Shown here in pieces: positions 57,336 to 64,000 of a DNA stretch of 64,000 bases (within the stretch, counting starts at the first letter, position 1; every line of letters starts with the position of its first letter). Source of the DNA: an uncultured delta proteobacterium (lineage in GTDB: Bacteria > Desulfobacterota > RBG-13-43-22); NCBI GenBank assembly GCA_963790475.1, contig CAWBOS010000012.1:576001-640000 (forward strand). The letters are read 5' to 3'. A program made the translations under genes and the position numbers. The notes beneath the pieces are model-generated. The model was not told the DNA's origin, searched no databases, and was given only the letters and a program-made list of their open reading frames with translations.

Positions 57336-58178
57336 TTAGATCTGACTGTACCCCGTTCCCTTGATTTCAATGCCCCGGCCTTCGGCCTTTTCGATCCAGC
57401 CAAACTCCTTCAATATGGCTTGGCTGTAGGTGACCCGTCCGGTGATCTTATCCAGGGGCTCTGTGGCCAATAAAAGGATGGCCCGGGCCATTATTTCGGG
57501 CGGCTCTCCGCGGGGATCATCATATCCGGTCACCAGCTTGTGATATACCGTGCCGGGTGTCGGAACGACTTTGGATGGGGAGAGGCAGGTGACCGATATC
57601 CCATATTGATAGACCTCCTGGGCCAATCCCTGGGTGAATCGTTCCAGGGCCGCTTTCGAAGCCCCGTACATGGTTCCTCCGGTGCCGGGACTTTTATAGG
57701 GCCCGCGGCCGGGACCGATCGCCGCCCCGGAGGAGACGTTTACTATAGCCCCTTGGCCTTGCTCTATCATGTCCGGCAGAACCTTTTGCGAGAGCATAAA
57801 CGGCCCATGGACATTAACGGAAAAGGCCCTGACCCACCGTTGTACCGGATAGTCCTTGATAGGGATGTAATAGTTCAAGGCCGCATTATTCACCAACACC
57901 TCCACCGGACCGAACTCCTTGCGGGCCGTATTCACCAGATTTTCACAACTGCTTTCGGAGGACACATCGGTCTGAACCCCGATCGCCACTCCTCCGGATT
58001 TTCTAATCTCGGAGACCGTTTCATTGATGGATCCACCCAGTTTATGTTCTCCTTCTCCAAGAGTGCGGGCGGCACAAACCACCCGGGCCCCTTCAGCGGC
58101 GAAAAGGGTGCTGATTGCTTTGCCAATACCACGGCTGGCGCCGGTAACCACAGCGACTTTACCATCCAACTTGCCCAT
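57336..58178 (-). CDS. Short-chain dehydrogenase/reductase
   Basis: TGASRGIG, NNA, YGASK. Confidence 0.9.
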   Translation of the reverse strand: MGKLDGKVAVVTGASRGIGKAISTLFAAEGARVVCAARTLGEGEHKLGGSINETVSEIRKSGGVAIGVQTDVSSESSCENLVNTARKEFGPVEVLVNNAALNYYIPIKDYPVQRWVRAFSVNVHGPFMLSQKVLPDMIEQGQGAIVNVSSGAAIGPGRGPYKSPGTGGTMYGASKAALERFTQGLAQEVYQYGISVTCLSPSKVVPTPGTVYHKLVTGYDDPRGEPPEIMARAILLLATEPLDKITGRVTYSQAILKEFGWIEKAEGRGIEIKGTGYSQI

Positions 58179-58259
58179 ATCGACCTCCTATAATTTGAAC
58201 TTGACCACCATTCCTATTTTTCTCTTTTTTATATTAAAAAGTCAATGTTCGAATTATCC

Positions 58260-58288
58260 TTGACCCCTCCGCGGGGTTTATTTAATAT
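58260..58288 (+). promoter_or_regulatory. Putative sigma70 promoter of the K+ channel gene
   Basis: TTGACC-17 nt-TAATAT. Confidence 0.5.
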
Positions 58289-58425
58289 CATTTGGGGACT
58301 CGAAAAATTGGGGCATCAGGGAAATTGTTTGGAGGGTCGTTAATAACAAGCTATAGCCCATTTTTTATCCCAAAAAGAAAAATGGGAAGTCAAGGATTAA
58401 CGGTTATTCTTCGGAAGTTTAACCT

Positions 58426-59259
58426 ATGAACCAACTCAAGTCGAGATTGAAAAGATTCCTGTTCGTCTTTTGCGCCCTGATGATCCTGGGAACCATCGGT
58501 TTTATGATCATCGAAAACCGGTCTTTTGTCGATTCCCTTTATTACGTCATTGTCACGATTGCCACGGTGGGTTATGGCGACATCCACCCGGAGACCACCA
58601 CCGGTAAAATCTTTGCCATCGCCCTCATTGTCATGGGTGTGGGCACTTTTCTCGGGGTCATCGGTAACATCACCGAAATCATGCTGGCCAGACGGGAATT
58701 TGAAACCCGCATGGAAAAGTTGAACATGGTCATCGGTGTATTTTACAGCGAAGTCGGCTTGGGACTTCTCGGTTATTTTTCCGGGTATGCCCCCGATTTC
58801 GACGGGATCCGGCCTGATCTCCTGGTTACGACCAAATGGACGGAGAAGGATTTTATCAAGGCCGGGAAAGATTCTATCCACCATCAATATGGAGTTGACA
58901 TGACCAGGGTGGATCTGGTTTTGCTAAAAGGCTTCCTGTTCGATAAGAGGAATTTTCTCCTGAGGCTTCTTGAAAACCCAGTGCTCCTTGAACACCAATC
59001 CTTCACCGATCTTCTTCGCGCCGTCTTTCATCTCACCGAGGAACTGGCTTACCGCAATACTTTTACCGATCTGCCTAAGGCCGATAGCCTGCACCTGGCC
59101 AGCGACATCAAAAGGGCCTATCACTTAGTCGTGAGTGAGTGGATTTCTTATATGAAATACTTGAAAAACAACTATCCCTTTCTTTTCTCGCCGGCGATAC
59201 GGACGAATCCTTTTGATCCGAATGCCTCGGTGGTCATTACCAAATCCCCTGATGTCTGA
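58426..59259 (+). CDS. 2-TM potassium channel with non-RCK C-terminal domain
   Basis: Selectivity filter TIATVGYGD between two TM helices. Confidence 0.88.
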   Translation: MNQLKSRLKRFLFVFCALMILGTIGFMIIENRSFVDSLYYVIVTIATVGYGDIHPETTTGKIFAIALIVMGVGTFLGVIGNITEIMLARREFETRMEKLNMVIGVFYSEVGLGLLGYFSGYAPDFDGIRPDLLVTTKWTEKDFIKAGKDSIHHQYGVDMTRVDLVLLKGFLFDKRNFLLRLLENPVLLEHQSFTDLLRAVFHLTEELAYRNTFTDLPKADSLHLASDIKRAYHLVVSEWISYMKYLKNNYPFLFSPAIRTNPFDPNASVVITKSPDV

Positions 59260-59405
59260 TCAAGGGCCTTTCCGAGGAGAAAATTTCCCTGATTCTTGTT
59301 GACAGGGCCTTCGGCTTTTGCCAAAATTGTTCAAAATCCTTGCCCAGTTCAGGAAAAAAGTGAGCTGACCCTAAGAGTAAACCATTTAACAGGAGGAGGG
59401 GGAAA

Positions 59406-60041
59406 ATGCCAAAACCAATTGGATGGAGGCCTCTGAAATTTGGGTTGCTGCTATTTCTTTTAGGGTTCATCGGGTTGTTCTTCACCTTAGGAGGCCTTCC
59501 GGTCTATGCCCAGGCGCAAAAAACTTTGATCGATTTAAACACTGCTTCACAAAAAGACCTTGAGTCCCTCAAGGGTATTGGTCCGGCCACAGCGAAAAAG
59601 ATCATCGGCGGCCGTCCGTATAAAACGGTGGAAGAGCTTAAAAAGGCCGGTGTTTCCGAAAAAACCATTGAATCCCTGAAACCCCTGGTCAAGGTCGGCA
59701 CTGTTTCCGCACCGGCCAAGCCTGCCGCCGAAACAAAACCAGCTATGGCCCCTACATCAGCAAAATCGGCCACTGATACGAGGGCTGCCGCTGCCCCAAC
59801 GGCGGAAAAGGCGAAGCCCAAAGCCGCTACCTCGGCCCCGACCAAACTGGCTCCGGGGCAAAAGGTGAACATCAACACGGCCACTAAAGAACAGATCGAG
59901 GCCCTGCCGGAAATCGGGCCGGTGAAGGCGCAGGCGATCATCGATGGCCGGCCATACAAGAAGCCCGAGGATATTATGAAGGTCAAAGGAATCAAAGAAG
60001 GTATATTTAACAAGGTTAAGGACTTCATTACCGTTCAGTAA
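59406..60041 (+). CDS. Exported ComEA-like protein with two helix-hairpin-helix domains
   Basis: IDLNTAS..LKGIGPATAKKII and VNINTAT..LPEIGPVKAQAII; Ala/Pro/Lys/Thr linker; signal-like N-terminus. Confidence 0.85.
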   Translation: MPKPIGWRPLKFGLLLFLLGFIGLFFTLGGLPVYAQAQKTLIDLNTASQKDLESLKGIGPATAKKIIGGRPYKTVEELKKAGVSEKTIESLKPLVKVGTVSAPAKPAAETKPAMAPTSAKSATDTRAAAAPTAEKAKPKAATSAPTKLAPGQKVNINTATKEQIEALPEIGPVKAQAIIDGRPYKKPEDIMKVKGIKEGIFNKVKDFITVQ

Positions 60042-60101
60042 AGGGGGTTGTTCCGAGGCAGCCTCAGGTAACATAATTCTATCTAAAGGAGGATGTTAGC
60101 C

Positions 60102-60422
60102 ATGAAGAGTCTTTTTCTAATCATTGTCGCTGTGCTGGTGTGTTCATCCTTGGTCTTTGCGGCCGGTCAGAAGACTTATCAGGTCACCGGACCGGTACTG
60201 GAGATGAAGGATAATATGATCATCGTCCAGAAGGGGCAGGAAAAATGGGAGATCGCCAAGGATGCCGCCACCAAGGTGACCGGTGATCTTAAAGTCGGGT
60301 CCAGAGTAACCATTGAGTACACGATGAAAGCGACCACTATTGAGGTTAAAGATGCAGCGAAGAAAGCCGAGCCCAAGAAAGCAGAACCCAAAAAGGCCGA
60401 GCCGGCACCAGCCAAGAAGTAG
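60102..60422 (+). CDS. Small secreted OB-fold-like protein with KKAEP tail repeats
   Basis: Signal peptide (VFA), YQVTGPV...GDLKVGSRVTIEY, (KKAEP)x3. Confidence 0.75.
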   Translation: MKSLFLIIVAVLVCSSLVFAAGQKTYQVTGPVLEMKDNMIIVQKGQEKWEIAKDAATKVTGDLKVGSRVTIEYTMKATTIEVKDAAKKAEPKKAEPKKAEPAPAKK

Positions 60423-60444
60423 CTTGACATTAAAAAAGGTAAAT

Positions 60445-60492
60445 AAGCATGATGGCCCCTGCCTTTGAGAAGTCAGGGGCCATCATGCTTTT
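60445..60492 (+). terminator. Rho-independent terminator-like hairpin
   Basis: 17-bp perfect stem AAGCATGATGGCCCCTG / CAGGGGCCATCATGCTT followed by TT. Confidence 0.75.
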
Positions 60493-60532
60493 CCCTGGCT
60501 TGGGAGGCCACAACCGAAGCGTGGAGGAGATT

Positions 60533-60690
60533 ACGGGTATTCTTGACGGGATCATAAAAGGAGTAGGGGGAAAAGATTTTCTGGGGAGAAGCGCCGGGGG
60601 GTTTATTCGAGCAGCTACTCGGCTTAATTAACAACCCCCAAACCGGTGGACTATCCGGACTGGTCGAACAATTCACCAGTAAAGGTATGG
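60533..60690 (+). pseudogene. YidB (DUF937)-like N-terminal remnant
   Basis: GGAGG RBS, start mutated to ACG; GILDGIIKG...PQTGGLSGLVEQFTSKG interrupted by stop/frameshift. Confidence 0.6.
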
Positions 60691-60856
60691 GCATATTAAC
60701 GGTGCCGGGAAGGACCTCGATCTCAAAATCCTCCGAAACCAGGGCAAAGGCTTTATCGAAAGAGGCCTTCCCGTATTGTCCGCTGCCATCAACAATGTGT
60801 TGTAAGTATTTTATCGCTGTTTGCGTATTGCGTTCTTTTTTGGATATGTTTCCCAT
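60688..60856 (-). pseudogene. Truncated SnoaL/NTF2-like gene (N-terminus only)
   Basis: ERNTQTAIKYL...FDKAFALVSEDFEIEVLPG; then reads into the antisense of the YidB remnant; follows the SDR gene. Confidence 0.45.
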
Positions 60857-60904
60857 CACGGTCCGACTCCCCAGATAGTTTTTCTTAGGCCGGGATTTTT
60901 TCAG

Positions 60905-61687
60905 TTATTTAGCAACCGACCCACCATCGACCACAATGGTCTGTCCGGTAATAAATCGGGAGGCCTGGGAGGCCAAAAACACGGCAACGCCTTTCATGTC
61001 GTCAATGTCTCCACCTCTTTGTAAAGGAATCCTCGAAGCGGCCATCTTGTAGACCGCTTCATTTTTTGTAACATGAGCCATCATATCGGTACGGAAATAC
61101 CCAGGGGCAATGGCATTAACGCGGATATTAAAAGGGGCCAGTTTGACGGCCAGATTCTGTGTCAGACTGATTACGGCCGCCTTGGTTGAATTATAGGGGA
61201 CGGCCGGGTGGGCCGCCTCTTCCGTTCCCCGAAGACCGGCAGTCGAGGCGATATTGATAATAGTGCCGCCGCCCCAATCTTTCATCAGGTTGGCCATTTT
61301 CTGAGTCAAAATCCACACCGCCCGGACATTGACGTTGAAAACATAATCCCATTTCTCGAGAGGATAATCGAGGGTCGGAGCACCCCAGGTTGCTCCGGCG
61401 TTGTTGACCAGGATATCGATCCGCGGGAATTTTTGAATAGCCGTCTTAAGCATGGCTTTAATGTCTTCCTCCTGAGACATATCGCAGGCTATGGGGAATA
61501 CCTGGACCTTAAATTCCTTTGATAACTCCTCGGCGGATGCTTCAAGATTTTTCATCTTCCGCGAGGTGATAATCAGGTCCGCACCCGCCTCCGCCAGCCC
61601 GGTGGAAATAAACTTTCCGATTCCTCTTCCCCCACCGGTAACCAGGGCGACTTTACCTTTCAAATTAAATATATCAGGTAGCTTCAT
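60905..61687 (-). CDS. Short-chain dehydrogenase/reductase (gluconate 5-dehydrogenase-like)
   Basis: TGGGRGIG, NNAG, YNSTK, VNAIAPG, VDGG. Confidence 0.9.
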   Translation of the reverse strand: MKLPDIFNLKGKVALVTGGGRGIGKFISTGLAEAGADLIITSRKMKNLEASAEELSKEFKVQVFPIACDMSQEEDIKAMLKTAIQKFPRIDILVNNAGATWGAPTLDYPLEKWDYVFNVNVRAVWILTQKMANLMKDWGGGTIINIASTAGLRGTEEAAHPAVPYNSTKAAVISLTQNLAVKLAPFNIRVNAIAPGYFRTDMMAHVTKNEAVYKMAASRIPLQRGGDIDDMKGVAVFLASQASRFITGQTIVVDGGSVAK

Positions 61688-61745
61688 CAATACCTCCTGT
61701 AATAGTTTGATTTGAAGTCTATTGAGTTGAGGAAAAATCTGGAAT

Positions 61746-61774
61746 ATCTTAAAAGGTTATCGATTAAGAATCAA
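61746..61774 (-). promoter_or_regulatory. Putative sigma70 promoter of the SDR gene
   Basis: TTGATT-17 nt-TAAGAT on the minus strand. Confidence 0.45.
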
Positions 61775-61841
61775 GGTAAAAAAAGATTACTAAAACTCAC
61801 TCCGGGGGACTTCTCTTGTTCCGAGGAACTTCAATTTTCTT

Positions 61842-61870
61842 TTGACGGATTCCCCTGGAAACGATAATAT
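61842..61870 (+). promoter_or_regulatory. Putative sigma70 promoter of the terminal histidine kinase
   Basis: TTGACG-17 nt-TAATAT. Confidence 0.5.
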
Positions 61871-62035
61871 GGCAGTCTGGGTATGGAGATACAGGACCTG
61901 ATAATTTTTGAGGCCTGATCAGATACATCTTAAGGGTCTCACTACGGTCTTAACTCGAAGATGAATAGTTGGAATAAATGGGGCCGGAGGGTCTACTTCC
62001 TCGGGATTGTCCACTTTCTTTAGAAGGATTTGTAT

Positions 62036-64000
62036 TTGAATTTTAAGCTAATCAATGATATCAGCCTCAAGTGGAAGTTGATCATTCCCTTTCTCTTTCT
62101 GGCCGCAATGGGGGCGTCCACCCTGTTTCTGGTTTCCTACCGCTTTCAGACCAGCCTGATAAACGTCGATGAAGACCAACGCCTTAGAAATCTGTACCAG
62201 GCTTTCCTGAATGATATTAATTTAAGGAAAGATATGGCCTTGAGTCTGGCTTATCTGACAGCCCGGAACCCGGAAGTGGCTGAGGCCCTGAGCAGGAGGG
62301 ATCGCAGTCGCCTCCTTGCGCTCCTGTCTCCGGCTTATGAGACCCTGGAGCGGGATTTCGGGGTCCGACAGTTCCATTTTCATGTGCCGCCGGCCACTTC
62401 TTTCCTGCGACTCCATGCCCCCGGGCAACACGGGGAAAAAATGGAAGCCTTTCGGCCGACCATCAACCAGGCCCGGGAAACCGGCATCGGTGTGGGAGGC
62501 ATTGAAATGGGGACCCTGGGCCTGAGTATTCGCAGCGTGGTCCCCGTTTTTTATCAGGGGCGCCAGACGGGGACTGTGGAATTCGGTTTATCCCTGGGAA
62601 AGCCCTTCCTGGAAGAGTTTAAGAAAAACTATGTCGCGGAAGTGGGGCTTTATCTTCGGGGGAACACCGACCGAAAAATCCCTCAGATATTTGCCGCTAC
62701 CTTGGACCAACCTCTTCCTGCGGCGAAACTTTTTCAGCGCCTTATTGGTTCAGGAGAGGTGGTGATTCAGCCGGAATTCCTGGGACCAAGGAAGATGACC
62801 GCAATTTTCGGTCCGCTACGGGATTTTTCAGGGAAGATCATCGGTCTGGTAAAAATCAGCGTCGATCGCAGCCCGGCCTTGGCCCTGCTCCATCGGTATG
62901 CCCTGGTAGCGGCCGCCTTGGGTCTGGGTGGCCTCATGATCTCGATCGCCTTTGTCTGGTTCATATCCGTTATCTTTACCCGGCGAATTGATGCGGTCAT
63001 AAAAGGTGCCGATGAAATCGCCTCCGGCCGCCGCGATACCAGGCTGCCGGTAACGAGTGGCGATGAACTGGATGTCATGGCCCGGGCGATCAATCAGATG
63101 CTGGAATCCCTCAATGACTCCCAACAACGGCTCCGCGAGTACGCCCAGAATCTGGAATTGATGGTGGAACAACGGACCCGGAGCCTTAAGGAATCCGAAC
63201 AGACTTATCGGACTCTGGTGGAAAACGTACCCTTGATTGTTTATATGGTCGAGCCTAACGGGAAAACTTTGTTCTTAAACCGGTCGACGGAGCAGATGGT
63301 CGGGCTACCGCCGGAACAGTTGAACGGACATTATGAAATTTGGGCCCGCTATATTCATCCCGACGATCGGGCTCGAGTCTCAGCTCTGAGGGAGGAGAGT
63401 CTGAAAGGGAAAAAGGAACTCCATACCGACTATCGGCTGGTCCATCCCAACGGGACCGTTGTTTATTGCTTCGACCACGCCGTTCCAGTTTTTACGGAAG
63501 ATCGGGAATTTTATCGGATGGACGGCATCATCATTGATGTCACCGTCCAAGAGAAACTCCAGGAAAAAAGCCTTCAAGCCCAGGAACTGGAAACGCTGGG
63601 GCAGATTTCAAACCGCCTGGCCCATGAATTGCGAAATCCGCTGGCTTCCATCGGAGGTTTGGCCCGGCGGATCGTTAAATCATTCGAAGCCACCGATGCC
63701 CGGGCCGAAAAAAGTCAGATGATCCTGGAACAGGTGCAGAAACTGGAAAAAATCCTGAATATGATGCTCACTTTTATCGCCCCTCAGGCGGTCAATCTCC
63801 AGTCCGGTGATGTAAACCGTTTGATTCTTCGAGTAATCGAAGAACTGCGAAACAAGTTTCAATCTGCAGCCTTTTCCGTCAATGTCAAGTTGGACCCGGA
63901 TCTAAGACTGATTCCGCTGGATGAAAACCTTTTCGAACAAGCCTTGATGAATCTGATTGAAAATGCCTGGGAGCAGATGGGACAGAAAGGGGAGATGGAA
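62036..64000 (+). CDS. Cache-HAMP-PAS sensor histidine kinase (runs off window end; not in ORF track)
   Basis: Manual translation from TTG after AAGGA: SLKWKLIIPF; QFHFHVPPATSFLRLH (Cache); DELDVMARAINQM (HAMP); IHPDDR (PAS); LAHELRNPL (H-box). Confidence 0.88.
   Translation, partial: MNFKLINDISLKWKLIIPFLFLAAMGASTLFLVSYRFQTSLINVDEDQRLRNLYQAFLNDINLRKDMALSLAYLTARNPEVAEALSRRDRSRLLALLSPAYETLERDFGVRQFHFHVPPATSFLRLHAPGQHGEKMEAFRPTINQARETGIGVGGIEMGTLGLSIRSVVPVFYQGRQTGTVEFGLSLGKPFLEEFKKNYVAEVGLYLRGNTDRKIPQIFAATLDQPLPAAKLFQRLIGSGEVVIQPEFLGPRKMTAIFGPLRDFSGKIIGLVKISVDRSPALALLHRYALVAAALGLGGLMISIAFVWFISVIFTRRIDAVIKGADEIASGRRDTRLPVTSGDELDVMARAINQMLESLNDSQQRLREYAQNLELMVEQRTRSLKESEQTYRTLVENVPLIVYMVEPNGKTLFLNRSTEQMVGLPPEQLNGHYEIWARYIHPDDRARVSALREESLKGKKELHTDYRLVHPNGTVVYCFDHAVPVFTEDREFYRMDGIIIDVTVQEKLQEKSLQAQELETLGQISNRLAHELRNPLASIGGLARRIVKSFEATDARAEKSQMILEQVQKLEKILNMMLTFIAPQAVNLQSGDVNRLILRVIEELRNKFQSAAFSVNVKLDPDLRLIPLDENLFEQALMNLIENAWEQMGQKGEME

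Noticed and set aside
60360-60404. 15-nt tandem repeat
   Set aside because: It is a coding repeat (KKAEP x3) with synonymous variation, not a DNA element

Overview
This is a ~64 kb chromosomal segment of an anaerobic Gram-negative bacterium, most likely Desulfobacterota/Deltaproteobacteria (inferred from the lpxI-type lipid A operon, the BamA N-terminal extension and a DVU0148-0150-like cluster). Bases 1-19.4 kb hold the outer-membrane biogenesis superoperon lysS-lolE-lolD-bamA-skp-lpxD-fabZ-lpxA-lpxI-gnnA-lpxB-msbA and lptF on the minus strand. An AT-rich plus-strand cassette (ArnT/Rgt-like GT plus two PAP2 phosphatases) sits between msbA and lptF and probably remodels lipid A. Bases 22-30 kb hold a sigma54-driven TauE/lipoprotein/two-component operon converging on a PEP-synthase-like protein that lacks the pyruvate barrel. 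Bases 30-64 kb are a mosaic of acyl-CoA and hydrolase genes, signalling proteins, one intact IS and many gene remnants. The strongest sequence-level surprises are a probable AUU start codon for lpxB, a 9-mer (GTCTTATCA) exactly 19 nt downstream of the -10 box in three unrelated promoters, a solitary attC-like site, heptamer-periodic intergenic arrays, and a priming glycosyltransferase carrying a degenerate GGDEF/RxxD domain. I saw no rRNA, tRNA, CRISPR array, reverse transcriptase or prophage. All family assignments come from motif recognition by eye, not database searches.
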